Source: Podarcis gaigeae
Taxonomy: Eukaryota
Reading direction: 5' to 3' (one strand)
NCBI GenBank assembly: GCA_964106915.2
Contig: OZ066923.1
DNA: 64,000 bases
Positions within the stretch are counted from its first letter, which is position 1. Each line of letters starts with the position of its first letter. The notes below the pieces were generated by a model, which saw only the letters and a program-made list of their open reading frames with translations, was not told the origin of the DNA and searched no databases. Made by a program: the position numbers and the translations under genes. Below, in pieces: positions 50,953 to 63,229 of the stretch.

Positions 50953-52869
50953 TTCCCTTCCTGACCTATTCTGCACCATCCAATTCCATTACTGAGTCAT
51001 TCCATCGACTTTACCCGACTTAAAACACTCCTGCATCTCCCACCATATGAATGGATGCTATGGATTTCACACAGTGCAATAATCCAAATGTGACCTCAAT
51101 CCCTTTCATTGACTAGGTTCTTGAATCTGCATTATAAGCTATGTGCCACTTAGAAATATAATTTGTATAGGCAAAACCAAATTTGATTCCAAATTCCCCA
51201 AAGAAAATGTAACCAAACTGTTTGCAAAAAACGAATCCATACTTTTTCATATCCGCAGAATCTGATAGTGCCACAAACCCCCAACTTCAATTAAATTACC
51301 AAATCATGAAGCAAGCAACAAGCAAACCCCAGACTGAAATGGTGCCAAGAAATGACCAAACCGCCTTTCACAAATGTGCCTGAAGTAGAATCTTTTGTCC
51401 TATTTTATTGTTTTGTAAATGGGAAAGCTATCACTGAATTTTTGCCAAACCATTTACCCTGTCTGATTTGTAGCAAGAGGAGTTTTTTTTTTAATAGCCA
51501 GTGACTTCTGTAAGCCTTGTGCACATCTATGTAAATTTCTCTGTGGAAGTGCAGCCCTGAAGCACAGCTGTAACTTCTGAATGTGCCAACTAACATGTGG
51601 AGATATGCAAGTGTGGAAGTTTATTCTGCAGCAAAATGTTCATTGTGGGCATGCATGTTCTAGGCAAAGAGAAGGTGGAAAATAATGGGTGTGTACTCTC
51701 ACAGAAGCACCAAAGCATAGCACACACACAAATGCTCCCTCCACTGGTTTTTAGATGAAAACTTTAAGGTAGGTGTTTTCTGAAAGGGTGCCTCCTGTTT
51801 TCCCCTTCACATATTCCAGGAAAGTGGTCACTTTCTGTAGACTGTGTCATACCTAAGCCAATATAATATAATTAATATAATATAATATAATAATAATGAA
51901 TGTGGAACATTTTCTGTGAATGTTCTGCAGTCGGAAGATTTCATTGCCAGGACTTAAGATGGCTGACACAAATATTATAAGGTTGGTATCTCCCCCCTCC
52001 TTTTTTTTTTTGCTATCACTTGTGTGACAGTGACTTTCTCTGCACTGCGTACTATCATGCCTCCCTCCCAATCTGTTAGCATAACCCAAACAGTTTCTCC
52101 GTCTCTTCAGAATGAGGACTAGTTCGAGAAGCACAAAAGGCACACAAGCAGGCAACACACAGTGCATTGTGTGCTCAGAATAATGATCTGCCATTTACAA
52201 TATACGTCATGCCCACACTGCACTCCAGCTATTTCTGCAGAGATCGCTGTAATTCTATAGACAATTATGGACAGAGACCACATGCCACCCTCATGCATAT
52301 TTTAGAGTGCACTTACTTGTCTGCTAGGAAGGATCCTGAAAGGAGTAGATGCAGTCCACTGAGAGGCGAGTCCTGCATAGGAAACATGTGGATCTGTCTA
52401 TCCAGCACTAGCTGGAGGACAGCAGCTCAAAGCAGTAACCTTTTTACACATCCTATAGCAAATCTATTCACATGCTCCACTCCACATGAGACGGGAAAGG
52501 GGGTCATATGCTTCTTCTCCCTTTTTTACTGCAAAAAAACAGAGATGCAAGCCAGCAGTTGCTTTATTCATGCCACACAATCACTGCAATCTTCCAGAGG
52601 ATTAATAAGATTAGAAGCCCCTATTGTTTCGCTAATGGTTGTTTATTTGAAAGGGGGACTTTGCTTGTAAACAGGGAGACAGAGCCATGCCATGTGTTAC
52701 TCTTCCTTCTTGGGTTACCTCAAAGCATAGCTCAAGGCGAAATAGCAGGCAGTCATTCCTCTTAAGCGTAGATAATACATATTGAAACAATTAATATTCT
52801 TTGTGACTTTGCTTTGAAGGTCAGATCTGATTTAAAAACACTCTCAATATATATTGCCTTTTTGTGGCA

Positions 52870-53227
52870 GGGACATGGGTGGTGCTGTGGGTTAAATCAC
52901 AGAGCCTAGGACTTGCCGATCTGAAGGTCGGTGGTTTGAATCCCTGCGACGGGGTGAGTTCCCGTTGCTCGGTCCCTGCTCCTGCCAACCTAGCAGTTCG
53001 GAAGCACATCAAAGTGCAAGTAGATAAATAGGTACCACTCTGGCAGGAAGGTAAACGGCGTTTCCGTGCGCTGCTCTGGTTTGCCAGAAGCGGCTTAGTC
53101 ATGCTGGCCACATGACCCGGAAGCTGTACGCCAGCTCCCTCGGCCAATAAAGCGAGAAGAGCACCGCAACCCCAGAGTCATCCGTGACTGGACCTAATGG
53201 TCAGGGGTTCCTTTACCTTTACCTTTA
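52870..53227 (+). mobile_element. Sauria SINE, full length
   Basis: tRNA-like head, (ACCTTT)n tail. Confidence 0.92.
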
Positions 53228-53270
53228 TACTGCTACAAAAGAGGGGTAACAGCAGGTTGCACTGAAAAAA

Positions 53271-53405
53271 TAAGAACATAGGACAAGCTGGCTGGATCAG
53301 GCCAATGGCCCATCCACTCCAGCATTATTCTCACAGTGGCCAACCAGATGCTTGTGGGAAGCTTGTGAAGTGGACATAGGCACAAGAGATAAGCAGTGCA
53401 ACCAT
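53271..53405 (-). mobile_element. CR1 LINE 3' end
   Basis: Same motif as 50745-50952. Confidence 0.65.
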
Positions 53406-53414
53406 ATCGTTATG

Positions 53415-53914
53415 AGTTGTATGCCTGTGCCCCTTTTTAATTCCTGGATCCAGCACCGATTCAATTCCTGGAACAGCCAGGCTGTCTTCCTGGTGAGGTA
53501 ATGGGCCATTATGGTAGGAAAGGAAGTGGCTCTGTGTCCTCAAGGCAAATGGGTTCCACCCCTCCCCTCCTTCAACTCAACTGGTATTTACAAAGACAAA
53601 GGCCAGAGTTGCAAGCTTTGTGAGCTAGAAGGAAGAAGCAAGGCTGCAGGCTGGGCAGTTGCAACACAAAATCATGCCTGATTTCTGCTGGATTCCAAGG
53701 CTGTGGCTATGGGAGAAGCAAGGCTCTCGTGGGATGCTGATGCTATGAGCCCCTCCAGCGCAGGCTTAGGGTGTGTGTGTGTGTAAAAATAAGCCATATA
53801 TCCTAAAGACACCACAGTCTCTGTTGTCCCTCATTCTGAGGAAACCAAACCCTGGGTAAGTGCCTGGAACCCCTGGAATCTCACACCCTTCGGAGAGTGG
53901 GGTGGCATGCAACA
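53415..53914 (+). mobile_element. Putative solo LTR (about 500 bp)
   Basis: Inverted termini (a)gttgtatgcc / ggcatgcaaca; flanks ttatg/atatg; TATA-like and polyA-like motifs. Confidence 0.45.
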
Positions 53915-54849
53915 ATATGCATGTTTACTCAGAATTATGCCCTGCCAAGTTCAGTGGGTATTAGATTCCAGCCTTATTGCCTTTTCAAATCAGTAGAAGA
54001 GATGCAAAATACAAATGCAAATACTAAAAGGCTTAAATCTGGAAACATTGACCAGTCTCATTCCTTATTAGCATAAGTCAAGACAACTTTGATTCTGCCC
54101 TTGCTATAAATCTTTTTATTTTATTTAAATGCAGGCTTTTGATCTACTGAAACATACATCGGACAGTAAGTTAAATAACTGGGACACATCCAAAACAGGC
54201 AACCAATTAGATGTTTGACTAAATGAGTCCGCTATTTTAGCAGCTGCCCTTGTCAGTAAACATTGCAAGCAAACATTTCATTATTTGAAAACTGCATGGT
54301 TTCCTTAAAAGTACTATCACGACATGTTCTTACCTAGGCAGATGCCGACATCTAAAATGCCCTCTTCTGTTGCAACATTATGCACATATTTGTAAGATTC
54401 ATATTTTGTTATGTATTCAAAAGCTTCATGGACTATGACATACAGGCAGACTAAGATAAAAGAACACTGTATGCATAAAACATTTCCGCCCACTTTCCGT
54501 TCTGGATGAAACTGCTTTTGCTACAAGGGGAACATATGAAGATAGTTTAAACTGGCTCATCTTGACCAGTACTGTCGCTGTAACTCACAGGAGCTCTCCA
54601 AGGCCTTAGAAAGAAGTATTTCCATCATTGGCACCTGGAATCCTTCTCATTAGAAAAGCTAGGGACTGAGCAGATTACTTTCTGCATTCAGGCTAGTCTT
54701 TAGCACATACCCCTCAGGGCTTCCTTTGAGACAGCATGTAACTGATAAGAAAAACCAAAACCATCCAAAAAGGGGGGGGGGGGTTTCCTCTAATTTTGCC
54801 ATGGGGGCCCTCAGGGAGTTTATCCATATTGCTGACAGAATCCACTAAG

Positions 54850-55146
54850 TCAAAACAAAATAAAAAAATTCCTTCCAGTAGCACCTTAAAGACCAACTAA
54901 GTTAGTTCTTGGTATGAGCTTTCGTGTGCATGCACACTTCTTCAGATACACTGAAACAGAAGTCACCAGACCCTTCTATATAGTGAGAAGGTGGGGAGGG
55001 GTATTACTCAGAAGGGTGGTGGGAATGGGTGATTGGCAGATGGCTGTGATGAGAACTAGCTTAGTTGGTCTTTAAGGTGCTACTGGAAGGAATTTTTTTA
55101 TTTTGTTTTGACTATGGCAGACCAACACGGCTACCTACCTGTAACT
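54850..55146 (-). mobile_element. Penelope-like element remnant with an inverted terminal copy
   Basis: 13-bp direct repeat AGAATCCACTAAG (54837-54849 / 55147-55159); 62-bp inverted repeat 54848-54909 vs 55052-55113; contains a hammerhead motif. Confidence 0.85.
54912..54949 (-). ncRNA. Minimal type I hammerhead ribozyme (Penelope-associated)
   Basis: Minus strand GUAU-CUGAAGA-A-GUGUGC-AU-GCACAC-GAAA-GCUC-AUAC: catalytic core, stem I, stem II and palindromic AGCU stem III. Confidence 0.8.
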
Positions 55147-55399
55147 AGAATCCACTAAGGAGTTCCAAGGAAGCCAATTCAATTGGATTCCAGGTTTGGT
55201 TTGAAAAAAATATATGGGAGAATCAAACTTATTAAAAAGATTGCTAGAAGGCATCATAGCTTGTTTGCACCATCTACCTGCACACAGCACTTTAGAAATG
55301 TGTGGTCTGCAGAGAGCTGGCTGGCCACATAGTGATGACACTTTACATCCAACTGTTAAATTCCATTAAGGGGAAGTTTAAAATGTCCCCTGAACATAC

Positions 55400-55637
55400 C
55401 CCCCCCCCAGCATCATTCTTTAGCATGTGAGCAATTAAAGTAATTGCCATGGAGATGCCGATGATCGTGAAAGTCTGCAGAAGTGTTCCTCAGCGGACGC
55501 GGACCTCTCTGTTAAGATGTAGGTCACGCTCCCAAGTGTGATCTCCTGCCCCCTCTCCAATGTAACTAATTTCTTCCAATCAGCAGATAAAGACTTCTTT
55601 CATTCGGGATGCTTTGCTGGCAGAAGTTCATTGAAGC
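55400..55637 (-). other. Exon-like segment (238 nt)
   Basis: Acceptor attttctgcag|, donor GGG|gtatgt, locally retained CpGs; all frames hit a stop. Confidence 0.25.
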
Positions 55638-56499
55638 CTGCAGAAAATCTGCATTTAAAGTGTGATCGAAATGGAATTTGCCATGCTATATATAGAGCAG
55701 AGTTGTGAACTTGTGACCTTTCAAATGATGCTAACTCAAATTCCCATCAGCTCCAACCAGCACGGTCAATGGTGGAAGGAATGGGGAACATTTGGGGCGC
55801 ACCAGGTTGTTCTGATCTTTATCTTAGGTCCCTTTTTTCCAGGCACTTTCCCCAGCCCAAATATGTTTCTCGTCCGCTGACCAAATGCACTCCATGCAAT
55901 TAAAAAAGAACAGTGCATATGCACTCCATCATGGCTACAGGAATATGAGTGATTGTTTACAGTAACAGACACTTTACAGTAAAGCACATGAGGTGCACTT
56001 GTCAAATCTCTTAGAGTATGACGCGTTTTATTGGGCTAATTCTACTTCTGTTATGCCCATCTGCTTACTGACTAGAACAGGCACACAACTCTTACAAGAT
56101 GACTAGCCTATCATTTTATGGTTCCTAGAAGGAATTTTGAAAGCGTGGTTTCACTTGCAGCATCATGTCTTACACTTTATCACATGATTATGTATGTTGG
56201 CATTTCGAAACCTTTACATATGATCTTTCAGAATACTGCAAATGGGGTGTAAACCTTAAAAAGCCAAGACATCTGTACCGCTGATACCGAGTTCTGCTGA
56301 TTCACTACCACAAGATGCTTGCTACTTAGTTATATCTCTGCATTTATCATACAGAGTCCAGAGTAGCTCACAACACTTAAAAAGCAACATTAAAAACAAA
56401 GTTGTAACAGTATTTGTTGCAAAATAATGTAACTGCAACATTTCACACAGATAAATAGGCCCACCGCTGATAACCCTCCAAAGGGCCTGTAGAAATTGG

Positions 56500-56950
56500 A
56501 CTTCAGCTGTCTCCTGAGTGAATATAAAGTGGGAAGCAGCTGAACCTGAACTTGGAGGGAGTTCTACAAATGTGGTGCTGCCACTGAGAAGGCCCTGCTA
56601 TATGGTGTTTCACAGCCCCAGAAGCAGGGCAACCCCCAAAAGTTTCAAACTCTGGATTGGTTGGTAATGCATTCAGTACTCCTTCAAGTACTTGGGTCCT
56701 AAGGCCTTAAGGACTTTCTACACTAGCACCAACAACTTGAAGTACAAGTGTACAACTGTACAAGATCCCTTAGGATCCATATTATATGATATCACCTCCC
56801 TGCTCCAAACAACAAATTCCATAGCAGCTGCAGATTCCACGATGCATTCATTTTTATTATTACATTTCTATCCCACCCCTCCTACAAAGGGAGCCCAGCA
56901 TAGCCCCACATAGAGCCCATTGCAACAGTCCAACTTGGAGGTTATCAGAG
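56500..56950 (-). mobile_element. Highly degenerate L2 fragment
   Basis: Residual similarity to the 13080-13560 L2 (actgagaaggccctg; caacagtccaacttggaggt); boundaries approximate. Confidence 0.5.
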
Positions 56951-58621
56951 CATTGACTACTTGGATGGTTTTAAAGGGGCAAATTCATTTAGGATAGGAC
57001 TGTCTATGACTACTGGAAACAACGGCTGTATATTAACTCTAAGTTCAGAAGCAGTATTCCTTTGACTACTTGTTTCTGCAGAATACAGAGGGTGAAGAGG
57101 GTGCTGTTATACTCATATCCTAATCCCTGTGGGCATCAGGTGGTCCAGGATGTTGTACTGTGGGCTGGGATAGCAAATAGAAACTCTACTCTGAGGCCAG
57201 AGTTCTGTTGTCCTGGCATCATAGTACAGCATCAGAGCACATGCATAAAGCCCAAATTCCATCTTTGCTGTCTCTTATGGAAAGGACCAGGGCTGATAAA
57301 GATTGGCAGAGAAGCCACTGCCTGCTCAGACAGAGACAGTCAACATCATGCCCTCCAGATGTTTTAGATAGCATCTCCCATCTGCTCCAGCTGGAGTTGC
57401 CAGTGGTCAGGGGTGATGGAAGTTGCGTTTCAAAACATCTGGAGGGCAGCCTGGGTTAGAAATTTGGAAAGATTCTGGCTGTGTTTTTAATAAACATGTA
57501 AGAACTGACAAAAAAAACACACCCCACAATATATTGTTGCAGTGCACATTTGACTATAAGAGCATCTGTTACTGAAATCTGAATCATTTGTTAACTGGAA
57601 TTTGGTGCTTTGGTTTTTTCCTTCTGATTTTCCAGGAATACTGTTTCCCAGAATATCCCCCCCACATGAACAACTCGAGTTCTTTGTTGTTCATTTAGTT
57701 GTCAAAGGATAACCTTAACCCAAAACATTGGTCCATTTTATTTATCTTATTTAGAACTTTATTAAGTAATCAAAATATTTTACAGCAGAACAAAACTCAG
57801 CTGGTGACTTGCTATAAAGATGCATAGTGCATGCTTGGAGATTCAATCTACAGCCAGACAAGAAAATAAGATTATTGTTGTCACAGGAAATGAGAGCACA
57901 AGTAACCATGGATATTGGTACATAATAAATTTGTGAAATGTAGGACTTTGAAATAAAACATGAAGGGAAAAGTCTGTTGTTGTTTTTTAAAAAAAAAATA
58001 TCAAAACTCTGAAGAACTATGAACAGCAAGTGCTAATTCTCAGCTGACTCAGGAAGTGAAAATATTACACAGATTGTGGCTATCCTCTTGTTAAGATGTA
58101 AAGTTGTAAACAACAACAACAACAACACAGTCACATATGCTGTGTCGCATGTGCATATGAGCAAATGAATATAGATTTATCAGAACTATAGGAATATCTG
58201 AATATTTATATTCTCACTTGGTGTGGGCAGAATGTGGAAAGAAGAGTGATGTACTTCAATTTTTATTATTACTTTTTACTATTTTAATTTTGTAGGTAAA
58301 ATAGTAAGGAGTCAAAAGTAAAAGAACAAAAGCAAGTATAGAAATATATATATATTAGGAGAGAGAGAGGCTGAGAATTGTACTTCATAGAATCATAGAA
58401 CTGTAGAGTTGGAAGGGGCCATGAGGAGGAATCTTTTGCGAAACATGGGGCTCTAACCCACAATCCTGACACTCAAGTCATAATAATAAATGCAGATAAC
58501 ATCCTCAGGGTGGGGATGGAGCTGACAATTATCAGTATTGAAACAGGAGGGAGAAGAAACTTAATGCTTTCCTCTTCTATTGTGGTCCTGAGGGGATTGC
58601 CTTGGCATCAGAGATTCGGTA

Positions 58622-58996
58622 CAGTGGTAGGTAGAGGTAAAGGGACCCCTGACCATTAGGTCCAGTCACGGCCGACTCTGGGGTTGCGGCGCTCATCTCG
58701 CTTTATTGGCCGAGGGAGCCGGCGTACAGCTTCCAGGTCACGTGGCCAGCATGACTAAGCCACCTTGGGTTAAATACGCTTCAGGTTACATATGCTTCAG
58801 GTTACAGACTCCGCTAACCCAGAAATAGTACCTCGGGTTAAGAACTTTGCTTCAGGATGAGAACAGAAATTGTGCTCCGGCGGTGTGGCAGCAGGAGGAG
58901 GCCCCATTAGCTAAAGTGGTGCTTCAGGTTAAGAACAGTTTCAGGTTAAGAACGGACCTCCGGAACGAATTAAGTACGTAAGCAGAGGTACCACTG
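58622..58996. mobile_element. Tc1/pogo-like MITE with a 5'-truncated Sauria SINE (about 58630-58761, minus strand) inside its left TIR
   Basis: CAGTGGTA | SINE 3' part | CCTTGGGTTA..; right TIR GAGGTACCACTG. Confidence 0.85.
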
Positions 58997-59183
58997 CACT
59001 GCACAAGGCACAGGAGGGACAGAGAGTTTGAGATGTTTGTGGTTAGTATAAAGGCTCTGTTTAGTTGGGAACAGATTACTTGAAGTTGTGATAATCCCTT
59101 CACATGCATGCTAATACATGAGGCAACGTTAAGTGACCTCCTCAGGCAGCTGGATCTACAAGGGCAGCAGATCCTGATGCAGA

Positions 59184-59326
59184 TCATAGAATCATAGGAC
59201 TGTAGAGCTGGAAGAGACCCTGAGGATTATCTAGTCCAACCCACTGTCATGCAAGGATCCTCTGCCCAACGTGGGGCTTGGACACATTACCCCGAGATTA
59301 AGAATCTCATGTTCTACTGACTGAGA
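59184..59326 (-). mobile_element. tRNA-Lys-derived SINE with CR1-type tail
   Basis: Head ctcagtcagtagaacatgagattcttaatctc..ccccacgttgggc resembles tRNA-Lys(CTT); tail ctatgattctatga. A related tail lies at about 58385-58475. Confidence 0.75.
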
Positions 59327-59446
59327 TACTTTTATTTCCCTCTTGTTCCTGATGTAGATCTTCACCCACCCCTTCTTCTTTGGTGAGGAGGGGGGCACTA
59401 TTTTTTGGTTCACCTCAGGTGCCAAAATGTCTTGGGCCAGCCCTGC

Positions 59447-60075
59447 CATTGCTGGAGATGCAATGAGACTGAGGATACATTCTATCATATGTGGTGGACC
59501 TGTAAAAGGGTAAAAGAGTATTGGGAAATAATTCATAATGAATTGAAAAAAATGCTTAGAAGCACTTCCCCCCAAAAAACCCAGAGTCCTTGTTGTTGGA
59601 GATAATTCAGACAGAAATTCCCAGGTGTCAAAAAAGGTTATTTATGTAAGCCACTACTGTGGCCCGTGTTTTGTTTGCCCCAAAATGGTAAACAAGCAAA
59701 GCCCCAACTAAAGAAGAATGGCAACTTAAACTGATGGAATATGTACAGCTTGTGGCAGACCTAACATATAGAATAAGAAAACAAGAAGAACATACATTTA
59801 AAGAAGATTGGAAAATGTTTATTGAATATATGGGGGAAATTGTGTACATTTGAAAACGTGGGCAGCATTAAAATAAATTCAACAGTGTAAATAAGATTTG
59901 ATGGATGTAATAATGGAATACTGAATGGTTTAGTTTATGTAAAATATGCAGAGATCTATGTTATGCAAAATGAACTATGGAAAGAGAAGAAGGGAAGTCA
60001 TTGATATTTTAAGATTGTTTAAATGCATATTCTAAAATGTAAAACAGAAAATTTAATAAAAAATATAGGAAAAAG
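59447..60075 (+). mobile_element. 5'-truncated L1-clade LINE (ORF2 Cys-rich C-terminus and 3' UTR)
   Basis: CWRC-x7-H-MWWTC zinc-knuckle motif; frameshifts downstream; AATAAA and A-rich end. Confidence 0.8.
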
Positions 60076-60862
60076 ATGAGAGTTAATTAAACCACTTATT
60101 TATCTTGAGAATTTTAACAATTTTAATCAAGAATTCAAGCTGCTGCAATTTAAATCAGTCCATTCTGATTTAGTGGTGGCAGAACAGAACCATCATGGCT
60201 GGTACCCAATGATAGTCCAATGGTGACTTTGTCTAATCCTCTTTTGAAGCCATCCAAGTTGGTGGCCACCAGGAAGAAAACTCTTTCCATTCAATAAACC
60301 TAAATTCCATGCAAGTATTTTTGGACCACTGCCTAGTTCTGCATAAATCCTGTAAGTATTTCCATAGTTCAATCCTATCCACAGAAGTATGACTTTCTAT
60401 GTACAATGTGTTTAGGAGTAAAGCCTTAGTTGGCTTGACAGAGTGCCATTTTAGGAACCTGGAAACAACTAGGAAAGGCAATTACTAACTCTGGTGGGTA
60501 GTAGTAATGGTGAGGCATTTTTAAATGTTATTCATTGCAAATAGAAAAATATCATGGGACACAAACAAGCAGTTAGAAGGCTAATGTCTAATTCTATCTT
60601 TTTTCACAATCCTGCCATTTATAGTGGTATAAATAATGACTGCTAAATTAATCACAATTGGCATTAAATTGATGTAATATTATTCGGCTCACAGCTGCTA
60701 CACAACCAGCTGCAGATGTGATCTTTCTACAGTTGCATACCCCTACGATTTCCCCAGATGTCAGAAGATGAAATGACTGAACAGGCATTTCAGTGGGAAG
60801 TGGAGGTGTTCAAGGCTTAAATTCTATACCAATTTATCTAGGAGTAAGCTCATTGCAGGGCA

Positions 60863-61230
60863 GGGATGCGGGCGGTGCTGTGGGTTAAACCACAGAGCCT
60901 AGAACTTGCCGATCAGAAGGTCGGCAGTTTGAATCCCTGTGATGGGCTGAGCTCCCATTGCTCGGTCCCTGCTCCTGCCAACCTAGCAGTTTGAAAGCAC
61001 GTCAAAGTGCAAGTAGATAAATAGGTCCCACTCTGGCGGGAAGGTAAACGGCGTTTCCGTGTGCTGCTCTGGTTTGCCAGAAGCGGCTTAGTCATGCTGG
61101 CCACATGACCATGCTGGCCACATGGAGCTGTACGCCAGCTCCCTCGGCCAATAAAGCGAGATGAGCGCCGCAACCCCAGAGTCGGCCACGACTGGACCTA
61201 ATGGTCAGGGGTCCCTTTACCTTTACCTTT
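60863..61230 (+). mobile_element. Sauria SINE, full length
   Basis: tRNA-like head, (ACCTTT)n tail, imperfect TSD taagctcattg/taagatcattg; internal duplication of catgctggccacatg. Confidence 0.92.
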
Positions 61231-61899
61231 TAAGATCATTGAAGTCAATGGACTTCTGAATACCAGTGTATATAAGCTACTTACATCTGACAATCCGTGG
61301 GAGACACGCACAAAAAAAGGGGCTTTGTAGCCATGATCTCTTGTGCATAAGAGTGTGACCTTGGAAGTGCTTGGTCAAAATCTCTTCCCAGGATCAAACT
61401 TACTAGGATAACTTAGAGCCAAACTATGGGATATATTGTATTGTAATACATTACATTACATACTTATAGACTGCACTTTCATAAAAATGTAGCAAGATGG
61501 TATACAGCATAAAAAGAACAACTTTACAATATAATCAATAGAAAAATCGATAAATACTAGTTGGTAAAAATAAATTTACATTTCAGAGGCCTGTTTGAAT
61601 AACCCTATTTTTCAGAAGATGTCTAAAAGTAGGCAGGAATTATTCCTGCTGAACCTCTACTGGCAAGGGGTATCACGGGACAGGACCTGCCACGTTAAAG
61701 GCTTAGTCCTTAGTATTTAAGACACAGATTTGCACCTTAATATGCAGAATTTCTAAGTGGAGTACATAAAAAGAAAATCATACAAAGAATAAGAGGAATT
61801 CAAATCCATTATAAAAACAGATAAAATTGCTGCTGAAATAGAAAAGTCTTCATCAGGCACCTGAAGTTCAACAGGGAGGGGGGTTTGTTTAATTCAGTC

Positions 61900-62146
61900 A
61901 AGGTAAAGGTAAAGGTACCCCCTGACCGTTAGGTCCAGTAGCGGATGACTCTGGGGTTGCACGCTCATCTCGCTCTATAGGCCAAGGGAGCCAGTGTTTG
62001 TCCGTAGACAGCCATGTGGCCAGCATGACTAAGCTTCTTCTGGAAACCAGAGCAGCACACGGAAACGCCGTTTACCTTCCCGCCAGAGTGGTACCTATTT
62101 ATCTACTTGCACTTAACGTGCTTTTGAACTGCTAGGTGGGCAGGAG
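61900..62146 (-). mobile_element. Sauria SINE, 5'-truncated
   Basis: (AAAGGT)n tail on the plus strand; body matches the other copies. Confidence 0.88.
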
Positions 62147-63229
62147 GGAGTTCCAAAGGATTGCTGTTTTATTAACTGTACAGCAATAAGTCTTATTAAA
62201 AGCATCAAGTTGTGTTCTACAAACGCTGCTAAATTTTCGTCTAAGGGGAATATTGCAGTGCATTTCTAGAAACAAAGTGGAGTCGTCCTCAACTTTCAAA
62301 GCAGTCAACAAGGCTTTCTTATATCATAGACAACGTTGGTTTTGCAATTATGTCAAGGTGGTCTCTCAAGCTTTCATGGGTTTCTCTTTATAGTTACAGC
62401 TGCTGGAGCCCACCAGAAACTGCAGGACTCCAGGTTCACCAATAGACTTTTGGGATATCTAAAAACTGCTGTGCACACCACACAAAATACTCAGTTTACA
62501 GGAGGAGGCAAATAAAGCCCAGACCAAAAGAAAAAAGCAGGCAACATCCCCAACTAAACAACCCCCCCCAAAAAGAGCCAACAAGCTTTTTAAATAAATA
62601 AATAAAGGGTCATTTTAAAAATGGAAGGCACCAGGTGGGTGTTGGAGAACACTAGAGATCATACAGGTACCTTGGGGACCCTAGCTGTAGACAAACTCCA
62701 TGAGTCTTCTCTAGTCTGTTCAGAAGACTTGAGAACTGAGCTTTCTAGCAGCTAAGGCTATATGAAAATGTATTCTCAACTTATTTTCAGAGTAGTTGAG
62801 CAATCTATATATTACTTAAACAGACACTCGCTGCTTCATTTTTGAGACCTGGAGATATAATGTGCACATCCCCTGCAACAAGAACACAGTAAAATTACAT
62901 CTATATCATTTTCTGGCACATCTGGATAGTAGTAATTACTTCTGTAACTTAAAAGTAGAATCCATAAAAAATGGATTATCTCTGCACGCCGCAAGACTAA
63001 AATCAGTCTTCCCTCTGTCTCCAAAGCTATCCTTTTAGCTGAACTGTTCTCTGCAGACTCTACAACACCCGTCAAGCATATATTCATCACAGTCACTGCC
63101 TGAAGGGATGCTCACAGCAGAGCACCCTTTTGACTGAGCCTAAACATCACCATTAGACAATAGCACCATCTTCTGCCAATACATTGCTTTTTCATTTTTG
63201 GTAGCATGTGAGCATGTTAGTTAAACAGG

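Noticed and set aside
52167-52670. Longest ORF in the track (167 aa)
   Set aside because: Non-ATG start, no recognisable motif, no supporting splice structure
59260-59326. tRNA-Lys gene
   Set aside because: Degenerate, with a broken T-arm and a CR1-type tail attached; it is a SINE head
62836-63105. Minus-strand open frame after a possible acceptor (AVTVMNICLTG..)
   Set aside because: Mediocre acceptor, unrecognised peptide, no linked exons
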